Below, piece after piece: positions 10,062-20,635 of a stretch of DNA of 64,000 nt; within the stretch, counting starts at the first letter, position 1; each line of letters opens with the position of its first letter. The notes beneath the pieces are model-generated. The model made no database searches, was not told where the DNA came from, and worked only from the letters and a program-made list of their open reading frames with translations. Both the position numbers and the translations under genes were made by a program. Source of the DNA: Clostridia bacterium (GTDB taxonomy: Bacteria > Bacillota > Clostridia > TANB77 > CAG-465); the NCBI GenBank assembly GCA_017478805.1, contig JAFVCY010000010.1, forward strand, positions 484 through 64,483. Reading direction: 5' to 3'.

Positions 10062-11686
10062 GGTAAATCACCTTCTATCTCTATTGTAATACTTGAAGAG
10101 TTTTCAACTTTAGTAATTTCAATGTTCTTTAATATATCAGGGCTTAACCTTAAGTTTGCAACTAAATATCCTAAATCTGGATAACGATTTGATTTAGCAC
10201 CTATTGTAATGTGCTTTTTGTCATCAGATTGGATGAATGTAAGAGTTACATTTTTAGGCATAATTTTTGCAAGTTTTTGCATAAACGATGCTAAATTATT
10301 AGTTGTAAATCTTCCAATTTCGTTATTATTTACTTGAGTTATAAGGTCATCTACCCTATCATTTACTGTTTTGTATTTTGTTGCACTTGAAGATATCACA
10401 GTTCTGTCTGCATCAATATTCTTTATTACATCATTATATTCAGATATCTTTGCATTATACTCTGATATATATCCATCCATTTTTGATATATATATATTAG
10501 TAAATACATTATATCCAATAACTACTGTAATTAATAGTGCAGCTGGATATACAAGTATAGACTGAATTTTTTCAATATCAAGTCCGGCACTATGTCTAAC
10601 TTTAACGTTTGCTTTAGTTTTCTTGTTTCCTCCAAATAATCCTCTAACTCTGCTTGAGAAAGGTACTTTCTTTGCAGAATACTGAGCCTTTAAGAAGTCA
10701 AGTTGTGACTTTGGATTATCTAAATAGAACTTTGCCAAACTTATTGCTGGAAGTACTTCTAATACTTCAGACATATTTCTTACATCACCAATTTCTGAAA
10801 TGAATCTTGGTTTGTATATCTCAGTTCTAATATTGAAATACTCTGTAAACAGTGTATCTATATTAGTAAATAGTGTTCCCATACCAGTTATATAAATCTT
10901 TGATATGTTTGATCTATTTCTATTTACCGTGTCTTGTAATCTTTGTAATACTTCTTGAAGTACTGGTTCAACAATTTGTTCAAACTGAACCTTATTAGTT
11001 GAATTGTCACTATCAGAAAATACATTTATTTCCTTACAAGCTTCATATGCTTTAGTATAACTTCCAAGTAAATCTTCAAACTGCAATAATATTTGATTCA
11101 TACCAATTTCATAGAAATTAGTTTCTGTCTTCTTATTATTTATAACAGTAGAGACGCTTAATGTTTCATCAAGGTTTACTAATATATAATTGTAGTCATC
11201 AACATTATTTGGTGCAATAAGTGAAAACTCATACGGAAACATTGCATTTATCTTTTTAGGTCCAATCTCTTCATATTGTTTAACCCCTGCTTTAGATGCT
11301 ATTGCAATTTCTCCAGAATAATGTTCTTCTTGTACAATTTCTGAAATAGTTTGAACGTACATATATTCATCTATTGCTTTAGCATTTTTATCGCACCATT
11401 CTTCAAACTCTAATCTTATAATATTATTTCTATCATTTCCTGAAATTTGTCTTAATATTTTAAATCCGCTATATTTAGCATCTGGAGCATTGATTACAAC
11501 CGGTATATCCATCGAATTAGCTTCAGATATTGCAGCATAAATTGCATCTTTTATATTTTGATCTTTTACAAATTTAACTGCGTGGTTTTTAATATTTAAA
11601 GTACCATCGCCAGCTTTTTCTAGCTTAGCATATTTGACAAAATTTTTATCAAAATAAATACCTAAGCAACTGTTAGAACCTGCCAT
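10058..11686 (-). CDS. pilMN: PilM-PilN fusion protein.
   Basis: The N-terminal part is an actin-like PilM fold (CLGIYFDKNFVKYAKLEK...). A TM segment (LVYPAALLITVVIGYNVF) and a PilN-like C-terminus follow. Confidence 0.7.
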   Translation of the reverse strand: MAGSNSCLGIYFDKNFVKYAKLEKAGDGTLNIKNHAVKFVKDQNIKDAIYAAISEANSMDIPVVINAPDAKYSGFKILRQISGNDRNNIIRLEFEEWCDKNAKAIDEYMYVQTISEIVQEEHYSGEIAIASKAGVKQYEEIGPKKINAMFPYEFSLIAPNNVDDYNYILVNLDETLSVSTVINNKKTETNFYEIGMNQILLQFEDLLGSYTKAYEACKEINVFSDSDNSTNKVQFEQIVEPVLQEVLQRLQDTVNRNRSNISKIYITGMGTLFTNIDTLFTEYFNIRTEIYKPRFISEIGDVRNMSEVLEVLPAISLAKFYLDNPKSQLDFLKAQYSAKKVPFSSRVRGLFGGNKKTKANVKVRHSAGLDIEKIQSILVYPAALLITVVIGYNVFTNIYISKMDGYISEYNAKISEYNDVIKNIDADRTVISSSATKYKTVNDRVDDLITQVNNNEIGRFTTNNLASFMQKLAKIMPKNVTLTFIQSDDKKHITIGAKSNRYPDLGYLVANLRLSPDILKNIEITKVENSSSITIEIEGDLP

Positions 11687-11751
11687 AATTCACTCCTTTT
11701 CTACAATCTACAACTTATTTTACCATATGTTAAAAAAATATAAAGTCTTTT

Positions 11752-11758
11752 TGTCGAA
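11752..11758 (+). promoter_or_regulatory. Spo0A 0A-box (TGTCGAA) about 66 nt upstream of pilMN.
   Basis: The sequence matches the consensus 0A box exactly. Confidence 0.3.
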
Positions 11759-11819
11759 TTTTTTCTAAATTTTTGTTTTTTTAATATTTTTAAAATTTTC
11801 TTGTAACAAAAGTGACATA

Positions 11820-12242
11820 TTATTTTTTAGTAATTTTGTATTTATAACCATAATCTAGTACTGCTTTTATTCTTACTGTTACGTTCATTCTGCTTTCTTT
11901 CATAGTATTAAAGTCTATGCAATATGGAATCGAATCATTAACAAAAATGTAACCTGTCTCCCATATAAACTCTGAATAGCTGTAATATTCTTTCATATAA
12001 TCTAAGCTTACATTAGCATAAGTTTTTGGATATTTTTGATTAGTTGTAACATTATATAGTTCATAAATATTTCCAACTTTTAGAAATAGGTATGTTGTAT
12101 CGTCTTTTGTTACAAATGGATAGAAATCAGTTGAGTAACTGTATATTCCATCTATTATAACTTCACCTTTTAAATTGTATATTTTATTTACAGTATTTCC
12201 TTTCTTCTGATATACAAAGTTATGTCCGGGTAACGAACTCAA
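11820..12242 (-). pseudogene. 3' fragment of a WG-repeat membrane protein, out of frame with 12220-13143.
   Basis: KWG-like repeats (KIYNLKGEVIIDGIY) continue the upstream ORF after a +1 shift, and the two ORFs overlap by 23 nt. Confidence 0.45.
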
Positions 12243-13143
12243 AGCCAGTATCTACCTCTTGAAGTTTTTCATCTTTAAAGAATAAATATGCTTTTTCATT
12301 TCTATAAACAAGTACACCATTTGTATCTCCTGTAAGTTCAGTTATGCTATCGCATGCAACATCTAAAACAATTCTTCCTGTTTCATCAACTATCCCATAT
12401 TTAGCACTTTTATTATTATCGCTGCCTTTTAACGAAACGATATATTGTGACCTATTTTGCTGCGTTGGATATTCTAAAGCTTGTTTTACGTCATACTTTT
12501 CTTTTATTTCATTTGAAGCATTAGTAGCTCTATATGCAGTTTTACTATCTAAAAAAGTAGTTACTTCATTCATAGAAGTAAAATCTTTGTTGTTATATCT
12601 TACACCTTGATCAGTGTATATTCTATATACTGATGAATTTCCAGTTCCATAAGTTAGTATAAAATATGGAAGTGGATATGAAGTATTTTTATCATATACC
12701 AAATTCACATCTGTTTCTTTACCACCTAAGCTTATGCTTTTGTTATTATCTAAAAAGAACACATAGCTTTCTACTCCGTCATTTAAATAAACTGAATTTC
12801 CATTTCTAAGTATTGTTTGGTATCTGCACTCAAGTACTTGAGTTCCGTCAGACTTATTTAGACCTAAAGCCTCACCGCTTTCAGTTACAAAATACAAATC
12901 ATTTTTTTCAAAAACTATATTTTCTCCTTGTGTAGAAAATACACCACTTTCATATAAATAATATACTATTCCTCCAATAAGTAATAACACTGCTAAAATT
13001 AAAATTAATGATGAACGACCATTTTTCATAAAATCAAAACTCCCCTTTTTTCTCATATTAGCACATATAAATTTTTTTTTCAATATTTTTTTACAAAAAA
13101 TTACATATAAAAAATCCATACTACTTTTAGTATGGACTTTCAT
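12220..13143 (-). CDS. WG-repeat (KWG-like) membrane-anchored protein, 5' part.
   Basis: It has a TM segment (LILILAVLLLIGGIVYY) and repeats such as AKYGIVDETGRIVL. Confidence 0.5.
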   Translation of the reverse strand: MKVHTKSSMDFLYVIFCKKILKKKFICANMRKKGSFDFMKNGRSSLILILAVLLLIGGIVYYLYESGVFSTQGENIVFEKNDLYFVTESGEALGLNKSDGTQVLECRYQTILRNGNSVYLNDGVESYVFFLDNNKSISLGGKETDVNLVYDKNTSYPLPYFILTYGTGNSSVYRIYTDQGVRYNNKDFTSMNEVTTFLDSKTAYRATNASNEIKEKYDVKQALEYPTQQNRSQYIVSLKGSDNNKSAKYGIVDETGRIVLDVACDSITELTGDTNGVLVYRNEKAYLFFKDEKLQEVDTGFEFVTRT

Positions 13144-13168
13144 ATATATTTTTATTCATGCTTTTTTT

Positions 13169-13945
13169 CTAAAATTGATACGTTTGAATGCATTCATTTC
13201 TTTTTACATATATATCTGAAAAAAGACTCTGTTGCTCAAGAGTTACTTGCTTTTCTTTACTAAGTTCAAGAGTTCCTAAAAAAGCAGTTACCACTTCAAT
13301 TTTATCATTTTTTGATACATTAAACATATTATTAAATATAAAGCTTTCATTATTTTTTAAGTAATTTACAATTTGGTTTGTTTTATCTTTTACAGTTATT
13401 CTTTCATACAAAGCAATCTTTTCTATCTCTTTTGCTTTTATGTTCATTTTATTCCTATTTCTAGTAATAGCTGATAAATATATGTCTTTAAGCTTTTCTA
13501 AGTCAAACATTTCTCCCGTATATTCATTTTGTTTTTCAAATTTAATTTTTTCTGGTTTTTTTTCAAAACTTCCAAAATTTTCTTTATATCTTTCTAGAAT
13601 ATACACACTTAATTCTTTATACTTTTTGTACTGAATAAGTCTTGCCATCAATTCTTCTTCTGATATAGTTTCTTCATCTTCCTTCTCTTCTTTCGGAAGA
13701 AGTTTTCTTGATTTTATTTCTATAAGAAGTGAAGCCATAACTACAAATTCAGTAGCAATCTCTATATTTAATTCACTCATTTCATTTAAATATGCTATGT
13801 ATTCATCTGTTAAATCATTTAAAGATATTTCAAATATATTCATTTTATTTTTACATATTAAATATAGCAAAACATCAAGTGGGCCTTCAAAGTTATTTAT
13901 GGTTATGTTATGCTCCATCTTTTTATTTATTATACTATCTTTCAT
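13169..13945 (-). CDS. scpA: Segregation and condensation protein A.
   Basis: The N-terminus reads MEHNITINNFEGPLDVLLYLICKNKMNIFEISLNDLTDEY. Confidence 0.85.
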   Translation of the reverse strand: MKDSIINKKMEHNITINNFEGPLDVLLYLICKNKMNIFEISLNDLTDEYIAYLNEMSELNIEIATEFVVMASLLIEIKSRKLLPKEEKEDEETISEEELMARLIQYKKYKELSVYILERYKENFGSFEKKPEKIKFEKQNEYTGEMFDLEKLKDIYLSAITRNRNKMNIKAKEIEKIALYERITVKDKTNQIVNYLKNNESFIFNNMFNVSKNDKIEVVTAFLGTLELSKEKQVTLEQQSLFSDIYVKRNECIQTYQF

Positions 13946-13948
13946 ATT

Positions 13949-14686
13949 TTACCTTTCTTTGTTCGTAGCTGTCTCAAGAGCTATAAGTATCATATCATTT
14001 AAAGATTTCTCTCTATCTTCACTAGATACTGAAGCCTTATCTGTATTAGAATCTACAACAGTAAGAAGGCATGCTGCCTCTTTTTTCAAATGCTCTGCTG
14101 TATTAAAAAGTGCGTACGCTTCCATTTCAACTACCTCATAGTCAAAGTCTTTTGGAATTCTAGATAGCATCTTTTCTTTATCTATATACCAATCAAAGCA
14201 TTCACATGTTATACCATTTCCACACTTTAAGTCAATATTTAGTTTCTTAGCTGACTGAATTATTTCTTCATTTAACTCTTTATTTGCTTCTATAATATGC
14301 TCTTTAGAATTTCTAAGTGTTAAAGCAAAATTTCCTTCCGAAAAAACTTTATTAACTAAGAAAGTGTCAAGTAACTTTAATCTCTTTCCAAAGCTTCCAC
14401 ATGAGCCAATACGTACTATTCTATCTACATTATAAAACTTATATAGTTCATACGCATATATCCCCATACTTGCACAGCCCATGCCACTTCCCATTACAGA
14501 TATTCTCTTTCCTTTATATGTGCCTGTATATCCAAGCATGCCCCTTACTTCATTAAAACAAACTGCATTTTTTAAAAAATTATCTGCTATATATTTTGCT
14601 CTTTTTGGATCACCTGGCATTATAACTGTGCTAGCTATATCACCTAAAGCTGCACTATTATGTGGTGTTGGTGCACTACTATTCAT
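13949..14686 (-). CDS. deoD: Purine nucleoside phosphorylase, DeoD type.
   Basis: The sequence PHNSAALGDIASTVIMPGDPKRAKYIA...GMLGYTGTYKGKRISVMGSGMG matches the DeoD family. Confidence 0.85.
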   Translation of the reverse strand: MNSSAPTPHNSAALGDIASTVIMPGDPKRAKYIADNFLKNAVCFNEVRGMLGYTGTYKGKRISVMGSGMGCASMGIYAYELYKFYNVDRIVRIGSCGSFGKRLKLLDTFLVNKVFSEGNFALTLRNSKEHIIEANKELNEEIIQSAKKLNIDLKCGNGITCECFDWYIDKEKMLSRIPKDFDYEVVEMEAYALFNTAEHLKKEAACLLTVVDSNTDKASVSSEDREKSLNDMILIALETATNKER

Positions 14687-15095
14687 AACTACCCCCTTTA
14701 AATCCCCTTCTATATAAGTAGGATTTTATTTTTATTTCTTCTTCTCCTAATTTTTCTTTCTTTAACCTTATTTTTCTTATTACTTCTTTCTCGTATTCCA
14801 TATCATTAAGCACGCTTGCTACATAATCTAACAGTTCTTCATTTATACCTTTTGCTTTAAGCTTATTTACAATTTCAAAAATAGAATATTTCTGCATTTT
14901 TGACTCTTGCCTTATATATGCCTCAACATATTCTCTATCGTTTATGTATGATATATCTTTTAAATGATTTATTACCTGCATTACTACATCTTCATCGCAT
15001 TTTAAACTTATCAGTTTATCTCTTACTTCTTTTTCAGTTTTTAAAGAAGCTGTTAGAAATCTAACAGCTTTTTCTGTTGCTACTACATAGTCCAT
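14679..15095 (-). CDS. recX: RecX-like regulatory protein.
   Basis: It lies immediately downstream of recA and has RecX-like helical repeats. Confidence 0.6.
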   Translation of the reverse strand: MDYVVATEKAVRFLTASLKTEKEVRDKLISLKCDEDVVMQVINHLKDISYINDREYVEAYIRQESKMQKYSIFEIVNKLKAKGINEELLDYVASVLNDMEYEKEVIRKIRLKKEKLGEEEIKIKSYLYRRGFKGGSYE

Positions 15096-15098
15096 ATA

Positions 15099-16160
15099 TT
15101 ATTCCTCATTTGATTCAAACTCTTCTTCTTCCACTTCTGGCTCTTCCATGCTATCTAAACTTTTTTCAAAAGCCTGGGCAAAGTTTGCTCTTACTTTTTC
15201 TTCTATTTCTTTCATAACTTGTGGGTTTGACTTAATATATTCTTTTGCATTTTCTCTACCTTGTCCTATCTTTTCACCGTTATATGAGAACCATGCACCA
15301 CTTTTATTTACTATATCTAAGTTTGCAGCTAGGTCTAATATACATCCCTCATTTGATATACCTTGACCATACATTATGTCAAATTCTGCTTCTCTAAATG
15401 GAGGAGCCACTTTATTTTTTACAACCTTAACCTTAGTTCTGCTTCCTACAACTTCACCATTTACCTTTATTGCTTCTTGTCTCCTTATATCAAGTCTTAC
15501 TGATGCATAGAATTTAAGTGCTCTACCACCTGGTGTGGTTTCAGGATTTCCAAACATTACTCCTACTTTTTCTCTTAACTGGTTAATAAATATTGCTACT
15601 GTATTTGATTTATTTAGTACTCCTGTTATCTTCCTTAGTGCTTGAGACATAAGTCTAGCTTGAAGTCCTATATGTGAGTCTCCCATTTCGCCATCTATTT
15701 CAGCTTTTGGAACAAGTGCTGCGACAGAGTCAATAGTTATTATATCTACTGCTCCACTTCTTATTAATTGCTCTGCAATTTCTAACGCCTGCTCACCTGT
15801 ATCTGGCTGTGATACAATTAGATTATCTACATCTACTCCTAATTTTTTAGCATATACTGGGTCTAAAGCATGCTCTGCATCAATAAATGCAGCTACTCCA
15901 CCTGCTTTTTGTGCTTCTGCTATTGCATGAAGAGCAACTGTTGTTTTACCTGATGATTCAGGTCCAAATATTTCAATTATTCTTCCTCTTGGAAATCCTC
16001 CTATTCCAAGTGCAATATCTAAGCTTAATGCTCCACTTGGGATATATTCAACATTACTATTTGAAAATTCTCCAAGTTTCATTATTGAACCTTTTCCAAA
16101 ATTCTTTTCAATTTGTGCCATTGCTATGTCTAGTGCTTTTTTTCTTTCTTCTGATATCAT
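15099..16160 (-). CDS. recA: Recombinase RecA.
   Basis: The sequence [35 protein letters not shown] and the full RecA core are present. Confidence 0.95.
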   Translation of the reverse strand: MISEERKKALDIAMAQIEKNFGKGSIMKLGEFSNSNVEYIPSGALSLDIALGIGGFPRGRIIEIFGPESSGKTTVALHAIAEAQKAGGVAAFIDAEHALDPVYAKKLGVDVDNLIVSQPDTGEQALEIAEQLIRSGAVDIITIDSVAALVPKAEIDGEMGDSHIGLQARLMSQALRKITGVLNKSNTVAIFINQLREKVGVMFGNPETTPGGRALKFYASVRLDIRRQEAIKVNGEVVGSRTKVKVVKNKVAPPFREAEFDIMYGQGISNEGCILDLAANLDIVNKSGAWFSYNGEKIGQGRENAKEYIKSNPQVMKEIEEKVRANFAQAFEKSLDSMEEPEVEEEEFESNEE

Positions 16161-16184
16161 AATTTCCTCCTATATATTATTTTA

Positions 16185-16196
16185 AACGTTTGTTCT
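16185..16196. promoter_or_regulatory. LexA (Cheo) box-like AAACGTTTGTTC at the recA transcription start.
   Basis: The sequence has GAAC-N4-GTTC half-site spacing. Confidence 0.4.
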
Positions 16197-16202
16197 TAAT
16201 TA

Positions 16203-16231
16203 TTATACTATTTTATTTTTTACTTGTCAAG
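16203..16231 (-). promoter_or_regulatory. Consensus sigma-A promoter of recA, TTGACA-17-TATAAT.
   Basis: On the minus strand the sequence reads ttgacaagtaaaaaataaaatagtataat. Confidence 0.6.
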
Positions 16232-16309
16232 AAAAAAATAAAAAAATTTAAATTTTTATTTTACATGTTTATCTTTAAAGTTTAATTCCAGCTTATTCTT
16301 TAGTAATTG

Positions 16310-18010
16310 TTATATTTTATTCTTCAATTCCTCATTTCTCTTTATTTTTAAAGTAGTAGTTTTTACAAACTCACCCTTCTTTATTTCTAGTTTTTTTACA
16401 GATTTGTATGTAACAAGCTTATGGTTTATTTCTTTTATGTGCTCCCATATCATATCATATATTTCATCATCTGATGGTCTACTGTCTTTGTATTTTTCAG
16501 ATATGTATTCTTCATTTAATGTTACTCTTGCAGTAACAATTATGTTCTTCTTTTCATCTTCATAGCCATATACCATTGATTCAGAAACAAGTGGAATTTT
16601 ATCTATAAATGCCTCTATTTCCTCAGGATATATATTTTTTCCATTACTAGTTACTATTACATTTTTAGACCTTCCAGTAATCACTAAGTTACCTTTCTCA
16701 TCATACTTTCCTAAGTCTCCAGTATAAAGCCAGCCTTTTTTTAACACTTTTTTTGTTTCTTCTTCATCTTCATAGTATCCAAGCATTACATTGTCGCCTT
16801 TTACTATTATTTCTCCTGTGTTTTCTTCTTTATCTGTAATATCAATTCTTACTTCTACATTTGGAATTGCTTTTCCAACTGTTCCGTATGCTTTATTCTT
16901 TGCTGTTGTTCCGCTAACTAAAGGTGAGGCTTCTGTTAAGCCATATCCTTGAAGAAGTATAAAGCCTAGTCCTTCTAAATACTGAGCTGTTTCTTTTTCC
17001 ATTGCTGCAGCTCCACAAAGTATATACCTTAGGTTTCCTCCAAAATTTTCATGTATTTTGCTGAATATTTTTCTTCTTGTTTCAAGTTTAGCAGGTCCAA
17101 GAAGTGATGTTGCAAGTACTACATTTTTTATAGTACCCTCTTTTCCTTCTTTTTTTACTGTCTTTTGTATTTTTTTCTTTATGTTTTCAAGAAGAAGTGG
17201 TACGCAGCACATTCCTTCAGGCTTTATTATCTTGAAATCTTCCATAAGATGCCTTAGTCCTCTAGATATGCCAATACTACCTCCAGAGCCTAGCATTGCT
17301 AAGTATGTAATTGTGAACTCATAAGTGTGATGCATAGGTAAAAATGATAAGAATCTTCTTCCCATTACATCTTTATATATCATATATATTGAATTTAGAT
17401 CTGACATTATATTTTTATTTGATAGCATTACACCTTTAGATTTACTACTTGTTCCTGATGTGAATATGAGAGCTGAAAAGCTTTCAGGGTTTATTTTCTT
17501 TTGAATAAATTCATAGTTTCCTCTATTTATGATATCTTTTCCTTCTGCTATCATATCATCTAAAGATATATCCTTACTATCGTCTTTATCCATTTGCACG
17601 TACTGGATGTCTTTTGGCAAACTATCTTTTATTTCATTTATTAATTCTTTCTTTTTATTTGAGAAAACTATCATTTTTAAGTTTGCTCTTTTTACTAAGT
17701 TTATTATCTCATTTGCAGGTAACTGTTTATCAAGCGGTACAATTATTCCTACTCCACACATTACTGCCATATACGTAATTAGCCATTTTACTGAATTTTC
17801 ACCGATTACAGCTATCTTTTCATTTCTTATTTTTTCATTTTTATACATAGCGGTTCCTAATGCTAATATATCACTTCTTAAGCTTGAATATGTTATTTTC
17901 TTAAACTCGTTTGTACCATCTATCGACTCAAGCATTGCTATTTTTTGGTCATATATTCTAAAATTATCTACTACTAATTTTTTTATTAAATTTGAATTTT
18001 CCACATGCAA
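16310..18010 (-). CDS. Long-chain fatty-acid--CoA ligase (AMP-binding enzyme).
   Basis: It contains the AMP-binding motifs FTSGTSSKSKGVMLS and GYGLTE. Confidence 0.8.
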   Translation of the reverse strand: MHVENSNLIKKLVVDNFRIYDQKIAMLESIDGTNEFKKITYSSLRSDILALGTAMYKNEKIRNEKIAVIGENSVKWLITYMAVMCGVGIIVPLDKQLPANEIINLVKRANLKMIVFSNKKKELINEIKDSLPKDIQYVQMDKDDSKDISLDDMIAEGKDIINRGNYEFIQKKINPESFSALIFTSGTSSKSKGVMLSNKNIMSDLNSIYMIYKDVMGRRFLSFLPMHHTYEFTITYLAMLGSGGSIGISRGLRHLMEDFKIIKPEGMCCVPLLLENIKKKIQKTVKKEGKEGTIKNVVLATSLLGPAKLETRRKIFSKIHENFGGNLRYILCGAAAMEKETAQYLEGLGFILLQGYGLTEASPLVSGTTAKNKAYGTVGKAIPNVEVRIDITDKEENTGEIIVKGDNVMLGYYEDEEETKKVLKKGWLYTGDLGKYDEKGNLVITGRSKNVIVTSNGKNIYPEEIEAFIDKIPLVSESMVYGYEDEKKNIIVTARVTLNEEYISEKYKDSRPSDDEIYDMIWEHIKEINHKLVTYKSVKKLEIKKGEFVKTTTLKIKRNEELKNKI

Positions 18011-18020
18011 CCTCCATATA

Positions 18021-18884
18021 CTAATATATGTCTTTTATATCTGAAACATAATATTTATTTTCTTTATCATCTGTTTTTGTTAAATGATACTGAATTAAAG
18101 GTAAATCATCTTCGTATTTGTCTACAATTTCCTGTGGATTAAGCATAGATGATGAAAGCTTATATTCTTTATATGTATCCTTAAGCGATTTATCATTTCT
18201 TGAAACTAATGAATAATATTTCTTCATTGTATCTTTTGTCATTATATATAGCGTACTTGTATCATTTGATTCCATATCCATATATACACATACTGAATAT
18301 ACTGTTATTATGTATGATGATGCACTTTCTTCTACACTTTTTATTACCATCATATTATCTGTTTTATCAATTCCAACTGGATAAATTCCAAAAGTGTCTT
18401 TTGCCTCATAATATTCTACTGGTGATGTATAGCTTTCTTTTTTTACTGCTTTAGCATTTGGACCATATACTTTCTTTATCATCTTATCTACATCACTATA
18501 CTTATATGCCTCTACTGAATCTATATTTTCTTTATTTACATTTTCTTCTTTTGATAGTCTACTAATTGCTTCGTATAACATGTAGTCTTCGTTTAGCTTC
18601 CATGGATATGTTTGATAGCTTTTTGGAATAAATTCATATAGTTCTAATGCTATACTACTATTTTTATTTATTTCTGTTATTTTTTCTTCTTTTGTTTCTG
18701 TTTTATTTTCTTCCTTTTCTTTATCATTTGCTTTGCTACTAGTATATATAGCTACATCTTCTTTCTTTTCACTTGTATTTTTTGTTTCTTGTTTCTTTCC
18801 TTTATTTACCATTTTATATGATACTGCTAACGCTAAAAAGAATATAACTATAACACTTGCAATGATAATTAATGTTTTTTTCAT
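18021..18884 (-). CDS. Hypothetical membrane-anchored or secreted protein.
   Basis: It has an N-terminal TM or signal segment and a K/E-rich linker. Confidence 0.45.
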   Translation of the reverse strand: MKKTLIIIASVIVIFFLALAVSYKMVNKGKKQETKNTSEKKEDVAIYTSSKANDKEKEENKTETKEEKITEINKNSSIALELYEFIPKSYQTYPWKLNEDYMLYEAISRLSKEENVNKENIDSVEAYKYSDVDKMIKKVYGPNAKAVKKESYTSPVEYYEAKDTFGIYPVGIDKTDNMMVIKSVEESASSYIITVYSVCVYMDMESNDTSTLYIMTKDTMKKYYSLVSRNDKSLKDTYKEYKLSSSMLNPQEIVDKYEDDLPLIQYHLTKTDDKENKYYVSDIKDIY

Positions 18885-18929
18885 ATTCCCCTCCTAAATT
18901 ACACATTTATTATATATCATTAAACGTAA

Positions 18930-18965
18930 AAAAACAATGCTTTTATTTTTTTTAGCATTGTTTTT
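18930..18965. terminator. Hairpin terminator with an 11-bp stem and a 14-nt T-rich loop.
   Basis: The sequence is aaaaacaatgc-N14-gcattgttttt. Confidence 0.45.
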
Positions 18966-19062
18966 ATTAATCATTATTTTTTGTTATGTATCAAAAATGT
19001 GTAAATATTTCATATGTACATTGATAAATCAGCATTTTTTCTATACACTTATTTTTTAGTGA

Positions 19063-20415
19063 TTATAGAAGTGGTGTCATATATAAAGGTAAAAAGAGTA
19101 TTCCGTTTTCTTCTTTCAAATCACTTATATGCAAAATATAGCTTGTATATAAATAATCATTATATTTCACTCTAAATTTATTTAATGACGAATATGTATA
19201 ATTTTTTCCCGATTTTACTTCAATAGGTGAAATGTTATGTTTAGATGTTATTTTATTTTTTAATATTAAAAAGTCTATTTCCATATTATTTTTACTATTT
19301 TCTTTATCGTAGTTAAAGTAAAAATAGAGCTTTTTACCAGAAGCTACAATCATTTGTGAAACAATGTTTTCCATTATCATACCTTCATTAAATGATAATT
19401 TATCAAATAATATTTTTTTATAAATATCTTCACTCATTAAACCAGTTTCATCAAAAGCATGTGAAAGTAGTAGTCCTGTATCTCCCATATAACATTTTAA
19501 CGCACTAGATTCTCTATTTAATCTTAAGCCAATATTCGTTTCAGTTGTATTATATGCGATATTTACTATCATCGATTCTTGTAGCCAAAAAAATGCTCCA
19601 CTATACTCTCTATATCTTGCATTTTTTCCTATTACATTAAATTTAAATCTTTTTTCATGCTGTTGAAGCTGCATAGGTAATTCTTCAAATATATTTTGGA
19701 TTTTACTTGTATCTTCACCACCATATTTCACAATATCTTCTTTATATAATTCAATTATGTCTCTTTTTATAGCATCAACTTGTTTAAAATCTTTAGTATT
19801 TATATATTTCTCTACTGCTTGAGGCATTCCACCTACTATCAAATATTGTTTAAAATAGTCCATTGCTAGGCGATGCATTAATTGGCCCATAGGCTTTTTT
19901 TCTTCAAAACACTTTTTTATTAGTTCCATTAAATTATTATTGCCAAGTGCCCATAATAATTCTTCAAAATCTATTGGATACATATATATATGTCTTTCTT
20001 CAGAAGGAATTAGTATATTTTCTACGTTCTTTTTAATAGAAATTAATGAACCTGTTTCAATATAATCATATCTTTTATCTGCAACTAGATATTTGATAGC
20101 ACTTCTTGCTTTAGGACATAATTGTACTTCATCAAAAATTATCAAACTCTCTCTTTCATATAAGTCCACTTTATAATAATTAGATAAATACATAAATAAT
20201 GTATCTAAATCGTTTAAATAATTGCTAAATAAGTTCTTAATATCATCATTTGCTTTATTAAAATCTATTAAAATATATGATTTATAGTTTTCTTTTGCAA
20301 ATTCTTCTACAATATAACTTTTCCCTGTACGTCTTGCACCATCAATTAATAAAGCTACTTCTCACTTTGACTCTTTCTTCCATTTTAATAATTTATCGTA
20401 AATTTTTCTTTTCAT
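19063..20415 (-). pseudogene. DUF4143/AAA-family ATPase gene interrupted by an in-frame TGA at 20362-20364, inside the P-loop region.
   Basis: Upstream of the stop the frame reads MKRKIYDKLLKWKKESK. After the stop it continues EVALLIDGARRTGKSYIVEEFAK...IIFDEVQ in the same frame. A GGAGGA RBS precedes the ATG at 20415. Confidence 0.65.
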
Positions 20416-20445
20416 ACATATTCCTCCTAGAACTTAATATATATT

Positions 20446-20531
20446 TTATCACATATCCTTAAATTATTTTAGTATCAAAAATCACATATCCTTAAATTTT
20501 AAACATGTAATTTTACACATATCCGTATTTT
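20446..20531. repeat. Three direct repeats of ATCACATATCCTTAAATT (the third degenerate) spaced 33-34 bp apart, upstream of the ATPase gene.
   Basis: Copies start at 20446, 20479 and 20513. Confidence 0.5.
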
Positions 20532-20635
20532 TTTTATTATACATCATCAATTAAGTCTACTTTTAGAAAATAATAAAGGAGAAAAAAGGTAAAAACCTCA
20601 TTTCTCCTATTTTTATGTATTACTTTATAGCCACA

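Noticed and set aside
20277-20462. A 61-aa plus-strand ORF.
   Set aside because: It overlaps the 5' end of the DUF4143 ATPase gene and its promoter repeats, and its sequence is low-complexity.
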